A stretch of 63,881 bases of DNA, filler included, from Pelomyxa schiedti (Eukaryota; Protista; Evosea): NCBI GenBank assembly GCA_020536535.1. It is 9 parts of 9 records of this genome, joined end to end, with 100 filler letters (N's around TTAATTAATTAA, not from the genome) between each part and the next. Parts side by side here need not be neighbours in the genome. Positions count along the whole stretch, not along the records: positions 6,433 to 38,402 come from JAHLWZ010000995.1; positions 38,503 to 50,655 come from JAHLWZ010001221.1; 7 more parts are not named here. One strand, written 5' to 3'. The notes under the pieces were generated by a model. That model ran no database searches, was not told the origin of the DNA, and saw nothing but the letters and a program-made list of their open reading frames with translations. Positions 35,004-46,967 of this stretch are shown here, piece by piece (the stretch's first letter is position 1; each line of letters opens with the position of its first letter). Both the position numbers and the translations under genes were made by a program.

Positions 35004-37737
35004 TCAAAGGGTGCTGGGTGTGACCAAGCCGTAAATCTCGAAGCCGTAAATAATGAGCACCCAGACGCCACTTGAGTTGGCACAGGTCATTGCCACAGAA
35101 AACATGCTGAAGGAGGATGTTGGAGAGGCCTGTGGGATGTCCCAGGACCCAACGCAAAACGCTGAATTGAGTGTCTGGTCATTCGTGTGCCTCGTGAGTG
35201 TAGTCCACGTTATTCCGTTGTTTGATCCCCTCAGCTCCCAGCTCCTGAGGAACCCGTCATGTTGCATGTCGTGCTTGATGGAGTACTTTGATGGGCACAC
35301 TGACAGGCCGCATGGCCTCAGGTCCACCTGCCACCACGTGTTGTGTTCCGGAGTTGTGAAGTTGCAGCACACGCCATACTCGTCCCTGCCGAGTGCAATA
35401 TACGGGGCACCATTGCCGGCACGGGACCATGAAGCGATGACGAGGCCTGAATCGTGGGGGTTGACATATTTGGGGGTGTGAGTGTCAGGGTGGTGCTTTG
35501 GATCGGGAGTGGTTCCCAGCCACCACATGATTCCTTGTTGGTCCCAGTTGCTGCTGAATGTGAACTCAAGTGGCCCTATTTGGTTTTTTGGATTTGGTTT
35601 GTTTTGGTGAAGGTTAGTGATGGTTGCCAGTAAATGGGCACCGATGTATCTTTCTAATGGGAGGGATGGAAACGCACAGTTTGGCGTTAGGAGCGCTACT
35701 GCGGGAGAGTTCCTTCCGTGGACTCCATTTGATTGTGCCCTCACACTCACCATGTATGTGGTTCCCTTCATCAGGCCTCCTACTCGGATTCTGGGCTCAG
35801 GGCCGCACTCGATTTGTTGACACTGCTGCTGTTGAAGTGCCTTGGATACAAACACGGTGTATCCTGACACTGTGCATTTTATTAGTTGTGGGCTGTTGCC
35901 GGTGGTGGATTTTAGAGGAGGGGGATCCCATGAGAGACTGAGGGACGCTGATGTTGCTTGGCATATCTTAGGTTGCCCCGGAATCCCAATCGCTTCTTCT
36001 GTTGGTTGTGGATGTGACACATTGAGATTGACTTGTTTGGTGATGGTGAATATCACACACCAGGAGGGAGGATGACACCCAGTGATGATATAGCTTCACA
36101 GTACGCTGTTTTATCAAGCAATGAAAAAGCGTCACCGCTGTCACATGGTTCGAGGTTGTGTGAATCTGAAAGAACCTTCTCCATAGTCTTTTGGTTTTTG
36201 TGTGAGTACAGTTGTGTTGAGTTATTGGATCTGACCTGAAGAACATCTGAGGAACGTTTGTGAGCACTGACAACAGAAATGTTTGAGGAAGACTGCATTG
36301 CAGACAGTGAACTGGAAGAGCTTCCCTCCAGAGTTTCCGAAATGGCAGAGAAAATTGACTTCTGCCGGTTCAGAGCCTCAACTGAAAACAAGGCACTTAA
36401 TGGAATGCAGATGTGGGCTATTTCAGACCTGTTCTTGAACAAATTGTAGCCGAACATGTCTTCAGGAAATCGATTCTGTTTCTCAAGAGTGCTTCCAGTT
36501 CTGCTCCGAATTTATCTACATCTGCCTGAAGTTTTGCGTGTTTCTGAAAAAGTTGAGTTTGAGACAACCAAAGTACATGAAAGGAGGGTGACAACCTGTT
36601 CGACAGAGGATATCGCTTGGTTTAACTGTTGAACTGCCACATCAACTTTCGTTTTCTGTTCAAGGCATCTCTTGGAAATCATCGGTAACTCTGGCTTACT
36701 TAACCCAGTTTGTTCAGACATTTCAATCAATTTGTGCCCCTATTTTATTGGTTAGGTTGTTTTCTACGGCGTATCATGCTGGAAGAAACCTGGTGGAAAC
36801 TGACAGCACACACAGAACACAGCAGATCGGTGCAGTTCACGCAATATAACTTGATTTCCTTCTTGGGGTGCTTTGGGCAGTTGCCTATGTGTTGAGAGAA
36901 AATAAGTCAATCGGGAGAAAAGGCGTCAATTAATTAGCACTTAAACTTACTGGGTACTTCAGGAGCCGCTTGCTCCAAGGGGAGCTTCACATGAGATGCA
37001 GCACTGCGCCTCTTGTGAGCTTCTTCCCAACATCTGTCACACAATGAGCCACATGCAGAGCAGTGTGCAGTTGCTTTCTGGTCACAGTCAATGCACGCAA
37101 CTGACCCTGTTAATGCAGTGAGTGATATAGGTTATTTCTTTCTTTTTCGTCCACTGGCACAACGAACCTGTTCTTGCCTGTTCCCTCTGCTGCAGTAGCT
37201 CAGCGAGTTGAGTGTTTGGCTCCAATTCTTTCATGCACTGTGACACTGTCACTGTTGTCACCGCAGAGCACTTTGGGCACTTCACTCCAACGGTTCCACG
37301 AACCTAGAGTCCGACACACACAACAAGCAGCAGAAATGAAATCTAAGCCAACCAACCCACATAAGAGAGGTGACGTAATACACACAGGATCGTAGGACAA
37401 CAACGTGGTGTGTACAGAGGCACCATCAACGGAGCCTGTGGCAGTAGCAGTTGGAGTTCTCGATGCGGACGTCGACGTGGCGCCCACGGTGTTGCTGGCC
37501 AGGGGCAGCGAGAGGGCACACTGATTTGCGACGCAGCTTACGAGGCATTTGCGGCAAATGCTGTCTCCGCACTATGGTATTGTATTGGGTGGGGGTAGCT
37601 CCTTTATGAAGATAACGACATACCTGGAGGGAGACAGGGTGCTGGAACACTCCCAGGCAAAATGGGCAGCACAGGTTTGGTAAAGTGGTCCCTGTTGCAA
37701 CTGCTGCCGCCACACTTGCGTTCGTAGATGCCGCCAT
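35004..37737 (-). CDS. TRIM-like protein: RING, B-boxes, coiled coil, FN3, HECTD1-type SUN-like domain (paralog 2)
   Basis: MAASTNAS...CPFCLGVFQHPVSLQ-CGDSICRKC...CPKC. It has the same exon layout as 25687-28498 and a C-terminal WDQQGIMWWLGT...IYGFEIYG. Confidence 0.85.
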
Positions 37738-37900
37738 CACGGCGGTTCTGGTCTTTTTCCTGGATTCTAGGGGCGGTGGTTGAGAGAATGTGAATTCCTC
37801 TGTTGGATACCTCCAAAGTAACACAAGTACACTTCATGCAGTACTTGTGTTTGCATATGACTGCATATCTGGATCAGTGGGCAGTGATTTTTTTCCCTAT

Positions 37901-37972
37901 CAAAAAGTGTATCATCACCACCCAAAATCACCACCCAGGTGGTGATTTTGGGCGGTGATGATGCACTTTTTG
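37901..37972. repeat. 72-bp near-perfect palindrome (35-bp arms, 2-nt loop, 2 mismatches)
   Basis: caaaaagtgtatcatcaccacccaaaatcaccacc-ca-ggtggtgattttgggcggtgatgatgcactttttg. Related atcaccgccc motifs occur at ~37985 and ~38028. Confidence 0.9.
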
Positions 37973-38402
37973 CAGTCAAATTGGATCACCGCCCCAGGCG
38001 GTGGTCAAGCACATAAGCCAGTCAGTAATCACCGCCCTGGGTTTAACCAAAAGAAAAAAACTTTTTTTTATGTTTGTGCCGAGGTAGATTGGGTTTGGAT
38101 AGTGACCACCACGCTGTGAGGTGTGACTGGTGGGATGAGTGCAACAAAGGGTACTTCAACTGGATTGCTACCAACAGGTGCCACAGTGTTGTCCCCTTTA
38201 GCTAACAAACAATCAGCAGCACCTGCTTCCTCTCAACCAAAAAGAAAAATACCCCCTTTGTGGCGAGGTGACTTCGCGTCACTGTAGTTCTAAGTACGGT
38301 TCTAATCACTGATGGATTTCTGGGAAAACTACCGCGAATCTGTTGGGACCCTGAGGGAGATTCAGGCGACACCTAGAACTGATTCTAGCGCCTTTATAAG
38401 GC

Positions 38403-38502
38403 NNNNNNNNNNNNNNNNNNNNNNNNNNNNNNNNNNNNNNNNNNNNTTAATTAATTAANNNNNNNNNNNNNNNNNNNNNNNNNNNNNNNNNNNNNNNNNN
38501 NN
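38403..38502. other. Artificial contig linker
   Basis: N-TTAATTAATTAA-N. Confidence 0.98.
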
Positions 38503-38678
38503 GATATCAGAGACGTAGGTGCAGACACATCAACCAGGACATCAACCTGGACATCAACCAAACCCGCGTCCCTGTACGCTGTACAAGATCCCTCTTTTCG
38601 CATTTTATTGTTCACCCGTGTAATTGCGTTTCGGTTTGGCGATCCTGAGTGATTGTCTTTTCGGTAAGACACGAATTG

Positions 38679-41189
38679 ATGAGAGGAGGCCGGGGAACGC
38701 ACTACAAGGGGAAGTACGGTGGGGGCAGAAGGAGCGACGTCACGGCAACTGTACAGCCGGATCATCGGGCGCCGTCGGGACCTCCCCCGCAACCGTCCGA
38801 CGCTACAACAGCTACAGGTGGTGGCACTTATGGGAGGACATTCAAAGAATTGAAGCAGACGTTGACGAGGCTCGAGGGTTGCCACTACAAGGCAGATATG
38901 ATGTGCCAGTGGTGTTTATTGAACTTACGAAATAGGCGTATCACGACATTGTGGGACTGTTCGAATTCCCTTCGTTTGACCTTTATGTGGACCACGTGCA
39001 GAATGACCCTTTTGCGCCGCCCTCGAGGATTCGGGCGGCAGTTCCACTTGATGTTTCTTTCCTAGTGATCTTTTTTTCCTTCCTTTCCCTAAAAGCTATG
39101 CAGATTGCAGGGTTCCCAGACTGGACAATGAGTTCCAGAGGTTTCTTTTAATATCTCTCAGTCAGTGTTATTGGAGTAATTTCTAGCAAGTTCGGGTGAT
39201 TGCATTGTGTGATTACCTCACAAGAGTCTTTTACAAAATCGCACACCAGATGGGCGCCGATGTAAAAGCAGCTGGAGGATGGCATGATTGTGTGTTGTTA
39301 CCATCCTCATTTCTGGTCTATTAATAAAAAAATAGCCAAAGGCGGTGACATCAAGATAGATGCTCCAGTTCAACAGATTCTGGAAAGAAGTTCTTTTGCT
39401 ATACGGAACAAATTCTTGGAGGTTAGATTTACTATATCCCTTCCTGCCCAAGGGAGGACAATCTTAGGTCAATGGGCATCCCAGGTACAGTAAATGGTAC
39501 TCACGTGAACACGTCGATTCACCTTTTCTAGATCCTCGTTGATACTCTTCCTGAAATTGTGATCAACTCAATGTTTTACAATAAATTGAACTCTGTTGAA
39601 CTCCAGGAACACATTTTTTGCTTTGAAGATCAAGAATATCTTCGTTCTCAGTTGAAACAAGCGAACCTTTGTGCATTTGTCTTGAATGGTGCCGTACTGC
39701 CTAGGCAGAATGGCGCCAGTGATTTGCCACTTAAAGGATCGAGAGTTGTGAGTTTTCAGTCACCACATGACATGCTTTGCTCTTTTGTTGTTCCAAACAG
39801 AGGAAAAGTGATAGGTAAGGCCTTTTCAGTTGAAATATACTCAAAAACTAAAAGGAATGGGGATTCCAATTGGTGTGACACTCATCATTGGTGGTGGATT
39901 TCATGGTAAGAGTACATTACTGCGAGCTCTTGAGATGGGGGTGTACTCACATGTACCTGGTGATGGTCGTGAGTTTGTTGTATGTGACCGTTCGGCTGTC
40001 AAGATAAGAGCCGAAGACGGGAGACCAACAAGTAATGTAGGCATGTAACAATTCTGCATAACATTACTCTAAATTGTCAAAAGACATTAGTGGATTTATC
40101 GGGACACTACCCTATGGCCAACGTACGGATTCGTTCAGTACTGGGGATGCCAGTGGGTCCACCTCCATGGCTGCCAACATAGTGGAAGCATTAGAAGTGG
40201 GGTCCACAACACTTCTTATAGACGAAGATACAAGTGCAACAAATTTTCTGATTCGTGATGAACTCATGGCCAAGCTAGTCCCTGCCGAAAAGGAGCCCAT
40301 AATCCCTTTGGTTACGCAAGTTAGGTCACTATTCAGGTTCAATTCCACTCCGCATTAAAATGACTTACAAACCTTGCAACAGTGACTTTGGGGTGAGTAC
40401 CATCATTGTTATTGGAGGATGCGGTGATTATGTTCCGGGTATGGTGCCATTTTCCAAATAACCCAGCCTGACTTGCACAGTGTCAGACACTGTCATTGCT
40501 ATGGATTCTTATATTCCCTGCAACCTAACAGCTAGGGCACACCAAGTTGCCAACGAGTTCAAACCGTCACTCCTCACTTCCCTTGCACCACAAACGACGG
40601 AGCCAACAACAAGCCCAACTCCACGACCCACCTTGCCACAAGCCATTAAATTCAAAGGCTTTACTCCGCGCTGTGTCCTTCCAGGAGGCCTCTTCACCGC
40701 AGGAAAAACTCACCCACTCGGGTACACATTCATTTCCTTCTCCCCGTAAAAGTTCTTACACCAAACCCCCACAGGTTGCGAAAAATAGCATGGCACGACC
40801 AAACCATTGACCTCCAATGCACCTCGCAGCTAATTGACGAAAGCCAAACCCACGCCATTACACTCCTCATGTGCTGCCTCGCACACAAGCTGCTTCACCC
40901 ACCCTCGCAATCGCAATCGCAATCACAACCACAGTCATCATCTTCCAGCTCCGGCATTACACAACAAACGCCATTGCCCCTACGGCAAGCTCTAGAATCA
41001 CTAGAGGAGCAAATGAACAAACAGGGGCTGGACAGTATTGCCCTGTATGAGTTCAACAAAGAGGGTGTGGAGACTAGTGGCCACTTCAACCCAATTGGTG
41101 ACCTGGCTAGGCCAAGGGTTTTTGAACTGACTTGTGCAATAAATCGTCTCAGAACTCTATCCACAATCCCAGTGAAATCCAAAATTTAG
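38679..41189 (+). CDS. ABC-class ATPase of the COG3044 / ABC_ATPase family (MRB1590-like); multi-exon
   Basis: VDHVQNDPFAPPSRIR, LPAQGRTILG, AFVLNGAVLPR, Walker A IIGGGFHGKSTLL, KIRAEDGR, DASGSTSMAANIVEALE, Walker B LLIDEDTSATNF, DLARPR. Confidence 0.9.
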
Positions 41190-41291
41190 AATCACATTCT
41201 GAGGCCAAAAAATTTTAAGCTGTTACCAATACGAAAGATTTTTTTTCTCATGTGCTGTGTGGGTTTTATGTTGAGTCGTTGTACTCATGTT

Positions 41292-44200
41292 TTAGTTGAC
41301 ACCTTTGTACTCCAGTTTCTTAAGACGCCTTTGTTGCTTGATGATTACTACTATTAGGCATAAAATGAGGATTACAAAAACTGCTAGAATAACAACAGCC
41401 ACAATTCCTGGAAATACAGGTTAGAAAAGAATCACGAGGAGGAAAGGGTACCTTTGATGTTAACACCAACATCGCTGCCACTGCTGCTACTGCTTGTGCT
41501 TGGGACTGCTGGGTAACCCAGAGTACCAAAGCTGCTTGTTTCAGGAGAGAACTCCCAGGTATTGGTCCAATAGCCTGAAGCCTGCCATCCACCGGCTCCT
41601 CCCCAGCCCCAGGTGTCTCCCCCAATGGCAACGTAGTCGGGAGCGCTGCTGCCGGATCTTCTGGGTACTTGCTTGAGTGCTCTAATGAATCCTTGTGCAT
41701 CGTAGCCAGCCACAACCACAGCGATGCGTGGTGTCGTGTGCTTTGTGGGGTCCGAGAACGGGTTGGGGAACACAAATGCAACCCCCACTCCAGTGCCGGA
41801 AAATGACTGCGGCCCGATTGTAAATGTGAGGGCTCCTCCTGGTGTTGTGAACAGAACCGGCATGCTGGAATTCGCCAGCTTTGCGATTGAGTTGCAGTCT
41901 GGGCCGCCAAGGATGAGGATGTTGTTGCTGCCTAGTTTGTCCAGGTCCTTTGACATGGTTGTGTCCAGTGTAACTGGTATACTGAATCCAAGGAAAAATA
42001 GATCGTTTGCAAAGCCAACAGCCGACTCGTATATCGTACGTGACATTTCTCTCATTTTTACTTTAGGTTGAAGGCCGGTATGTGGGAGTCTTGGGAGCTT
42101 ACTCTGAACCGGTTGTTCCAGCTACCAACATAACAGGCCCCTCTAGAATGCGTGCCAAAGGACCTGTCAAGAGTGTACTCCGTTCATTCCATTCCCAATC
42201 ATCAGAATCACATACAGTCCACATTTGATTGCTCCAGCAGTAATGCCTTTTTTGTAGTGTTGGGAATATCTTGTATAAGTGTGAATAGCTTACTTCGGGA
42301 GTACAAGAACGTCAAATTCTGCACCATCGAGGAGAATAGGGCCCTTGGCATGCTTTAAATAAAAACAAACGTAATGAAAAAATTACCGTGGGCAGAGGAA
42401 CTATGTCATGAACCACAAACCCAAACCTTTGAACATTGACAGTTTTTAAAACCCATTTGTTTCCAGTTGTGTCAACATCAATATAGGCTTCCCGTGAAAA
42501 GAGCCTCACTTGAAGGATTCGGATGGTACTTTTGCCGCCTGAGCTATATGGGTTGGTTGTGATAACGCGAAAATGTGACGGAGTTGGTCTTTGTGTTGTC
42601 ATCCACACTGTAGCGTTTTCAATGAAATCAACGGCAATCGGGTCATTTACCTAAGTTTCACATTAGACTCACTCAAAGGTAAGCTGAGGACTTACAACAC
42701 CATCCCACCAGTGTCCACAATTTGGGAGCTGTATTCACTTGGTTAATATACCAACTGTGCACATTGTTTTTCATACTTCATCAAACTCCATGGCATTCAA
42801 ATTTTTGCTCAAAGAATCCACCAATCGTGACATTCTTCTTGGGTGGTAGGGAGGCACATTGTCTTGAAGGGCAGATGAATGAAAGGGAAGCATGAGAGAT
42901 AAACCATCAAGAGTGCCAATGCGACCCAAGACAGATACTCCCAAGAGTTGGTACGAATATAACTCCGTATCATATTCAGATGCAGCAGCCTGTTGAAGAA
43001 ATGAGGATAAACAGAATACCACACTGAAGGCTACATTTAGCAAGTACTCTGCAAAAGGAGAAGCGAAACTGTAGCCAACCCGCAAAGGGAAAGGTGTGTA
43101 GAGATCAAATGTTAACCATCCAGACACACACATAGCTCCCAGAGCAACATCTGGAAAATGTGTGGACATTAGCCAGCATCCATGGCCTCCCATACTATGC
43201 CCAGACCACAGAATCCACTCTATAAAGAATTAATTAACTGTGGTTGTTTCTGGGAAGAAACCGGGATTGGCTTTCAAATTTGGGGAACAGGATAGACAGG
43301 GATAGGTTGAGTTGACGAGAGACTTGATAGATGCAAACACATTTGCAAAGCCTGGACCTTGCCAGTCAAATCCATACATATGTCTGTTTGTGCACATTAT
43401 CTCCCAATAAATTGGGTTATGAGGGTAGTATGGTGCCCAGCTCTAAGTTCTTTTAGTGGCTGCCAAAAAGCACATTTCTCTTACAGTGGCTTCCACTCCA
43501 GCGCCGTGCATCCCAACAAGTATAGGACATCCTTTGGAGGGGCACTCACTGCGTGGAGGATAGACTGTATAGTACTGCACTGAATCATCAGCATCCAGGA
43601 AGGTTGCGATGTACCAAGTAGTGGCCCATCCAACGCAAGTAAGGTAAACTGTGGTTGAAGCATGACCAACAAACTACTCAAATGTTTGTTGGCGGCCAGT
43701 TATATGGAAATTACATTGATCGTAATTGGCACAGATGTGTTGCATTGTATGAAGGTATTGTCTTGTTGAAGAGCAACTCGCATCCAACCTGATAGAATGT
43801 AAGGAGTGTTCTTTATATTGGATGTTACCAAGCTGACGAGGTTCAAGGTTGAGATTGGAGTCGTAGGATTTAATTGATAGACCATTGGGCGCGTTAATCA
43901 GCTCGAGCTCAAAAGAGGATATAGATTTCTTCAAGTCTAAATTCTGAACTCCAATGCTATGAGACTTCATTATGGAGAAAAAAACCATTGGACAAGGAAA
44001 ATACCGCAACCAAGGAGTTGCCAGTGTGCCATTCACGATACTGGGGGTTATTGTGTTCCCCTGGAATGCTAAAGTGCTATTTGGGGCTACTACTTTGAGG
44101 CCACAAGAAAATGACCCGTAAGTAAGTGACCCAGATTTCCCACCTTTGAACCATACCTTTTTTGTTTTGTGTTGCTGATTAAGTTGATTACTCCAGTGGC

Positions 44201-45096
44201 AAGTTCTTACTTTCATTGTGTGAGTGCCAATGCCTAGGTCGGCAACCACCCATGGGTATCCCTCTCCGTAAATATCACCAGCACATGGTAAGTCATCAAT
44301 GTAATAAAGTGACACCCCACTGCAATAGGCCATGACAATGCCTCCACTGTCTGCAGTTATTTCGATATCACCCAATGCCCAGGCTTGAAAATATTCACTC
44401 GTCGATCCCGTGGAGTCATACATAACATCCCAGTGATTCAAAGTTGTCCAGTCAGCAGTAACTGTCCCTGACTCACTAGTGTTCACTTTCGACCACCCGA
44501 CCTAGTCGTGAATGAATACACTGAGCAATTCTATATGGTGTTTTGTGTTGGCTAGCGAGGCATAAAAGCACCAGACCCATGTCCGCTATCTCTGAAGGAT
44601 ATTTAGTACTATCAGCCCTGGGTATATTGTCAATGCCACCCCAAGCTTCAAGTGGGTCTGCTGCCAATTCACGCTCTCCTACAATGAGTTAAACTGAAGC
44701 TATTGTGCCTTATTCTTGTTTGCAATTATTTCTTAGTTCATTACATGTAGTGGCAGCATAATTTAGTTGTGCATTTAGTTGTTCATTTAGTTGTAGTTTG
44801 TTCATTTTGCCAAAATTTCAAAGCACACCTAAAGGAAAAGGGCCAATTATGTCCCAAACGGCGGGCAACTTGGGTACAACGTAATCAGCAAGTGAAGATT
44901 GATCAACTGAGACACCCCTGAGTCCTGCCTCTCTCGTGGCCTCAAACTCCGACTTAACTGTGCTAGAATGAGATGCCTTCTACACAAGCAACGAAACGCA
45001 GGGGAAAGATTTACCTGACGGCTTCGAGTTGGGCTCAGCGAGCGACACTGAAAAAACCGCCACCAACGCCACGACAACAAGCAGAGATCTGGTCAT
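41292..45096 (-). CDS. Type I membrane alpha/beta hydrolase (S9 / esterase-like) with a large ectodomain
   Basis: Signal peptide MTRSLLVVVALVAVFSVSLA, then WDIIGPFPLG...ADPLEAWGG, GMHGAGVEA, nucleophile elbow SGHSMGGHG, DNVPP, a Ser-rich stalk and TM GIVAVVILAVFVILILCLIVVII-KQQRR. Confidence 0.8.
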
Positions 45097-45402
45097 CGTC
45101 GGGACACGATTGAAAAAAAGCAATCTTAGTTTGAAGGAAGTCTTAAGAGAGGGCACAATCTTGCAGCTGGTGAGAAATGATTTGAGAGAAAGCTCTGGCA
45201 GGGCCAGTTAACTGGCACCCTCTGAGGACCAGGTTCTCTGCCCGGACTGCGAAAACCTGCCTGTGTTAGTTTGTGATAAACTGACTATTTGACATTTCCA
45301 GATCATGTGCACCAATGGTGCGATCTCTACAGATTTAGAGGAAGAACCTAGGGGGAACTTGTAGGACGCGATCGAGGAGAAGACAATAATTTTTTTTTTC
45401 TT

Positions 45403-45994
45403 TTATACACGCACCCATAGCGGTGCCACAAAATACAAGCACGGAATAGTTTTGTGGTCGTGCCTCACCTCAGTTTTCGTGATATAGAGGTGACCAAGCA
45501 TGCAGCCGGGAGGAGCGATATATTCGAAGGTGTATCCAATAAAAGAGCGACCGTCGCGGGCAGTTGTCACGACCCTCTTGCGGTTGGTGACGAACTCGAG
45601 AAGGGCAAGTGTGTTAAGGATCACTCCCCGTACTTCGGTGATATATTCCGTCGGACTAAGGAGCTCTAGATTGAACCGGAGGGAGCCTCCTGGCCCTCCC
45701 CCTCGGTAGGTATTTGTAGTGGTTGTTATCTTTTTTTTTATTTGTTAGTTTAAAACGAAGGAAAAAAGGAAATCGTACTTCTACAGAGTGGATGAGACCA
45801 GAAGCGCAGAAACATTTTACTATGCATATGCGGTTTCTATTAAGCAACGGATACAAGGTCATTACAATCGGCTTTTCAGGTAGGGAAGAACTGGAATTTC
45901 GGGTCGCTGGACCGCAACTCGGATTTGTCCTGCGGGTGATGGCATGTTCATCATTTGTAAGTTGTTCCACCTGTAGTGCTGGAGGGTCCGGCAT
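45403..45994 (-). CDS. Small jacalin-like lectin domain protein (one intron)
   Basis: Spliced ICIVKCFCASGLIHSVE-ITTTTNTYRGGGPGGSLRFNLELLSPTEYITEVRG...LEFVTN...FEYIAPPG fits the jacalin GGxGG / EYITxVxG / LxFxTN pattern. Confidence 0.55.
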
Positions 45995-46967
45995 GGTGCA
46001 GGTCCGATGTTCTGGTTGGGTTGTTGGTTTTTTATTTCGTTTGTGAATGTTGCGTTGAAGTATCGCTATAAAAGGCCGAGTGCGGGGTGAATCAGAGAAT
46101 CGGTGATCTGAAAACACTGCCTATGCACAGGCAGGTGCCAAAGGCTACGTGAAATGTCGTGGGATTTCACTGCATCAACATCAATCGTGGAATTGGCGGA
46201 TCTGTTGGCACGGCGCTTAACATAATTTTTATGCATGAATCGTGAGGTTGGGTTTTTGGAAGGGCTTAGCAAATCTCGTCAGTGCAACAACTCGTCCTTC
46301 CATTCTCTGTTTGGCACTGCAGCAATTGAACAGAAGGGTGAATGTCATATGTCAAATGATGGATATGATGTCAAGTGATGGGCTATGACGTTAGAGGTAG
46401 ACACTTTGAGACGTATCGTAAGTATGCAGCTGTCACTGTTAGTGTCTATAAGCACGTTTAGGAGGAAAAATTGCAGACGCTCGTCGCGAAGTCACAGAAC
46501 CCAACCAAGATCCACAAAACAGAATACACAGGGAAGTTAAGGACGAGTATCGACGACTTACTTTCAAGTGCACTGCTATAACAAGCAAATTAAGGGGACA
46601 TCAGACTTCACACAGATGAGAAGCCTACAGCGTTTGAGGAACGACGTGAAAGAAACGTTCCACTCAACGAAGAAAGTTGTGCTACGACAAGCACAACTTC
46701 CTCCGAGCGAAAGGAACGTATCCATCGCGATTGTCAACGCCGATGGGTCGGTTTTGCACGCGATTTCGATTGTGGGCTGCAGTGCTCAGGAAGGAGCTTA
46801 GCGTCGGGCAAAATGTAACCTACTGAACACCAACCGACTGGTGTCGTTTCGACATTACTTTACTGGAAGAGGGTCCCAATCAAGAAAAAAAAATAGAACA
46901 AATTAGGGTCCGTCATTCTTCCAACTGCACATAGAAACTTAGATCCAGCTCCAACTTGCCCGCGCCA

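Noticed and set aside
46066-46801. Short ORFs between the jacalin-like and TRIM-like genes
   Set aside because: They have no domain signal and lie in a likely divergent promoter region.
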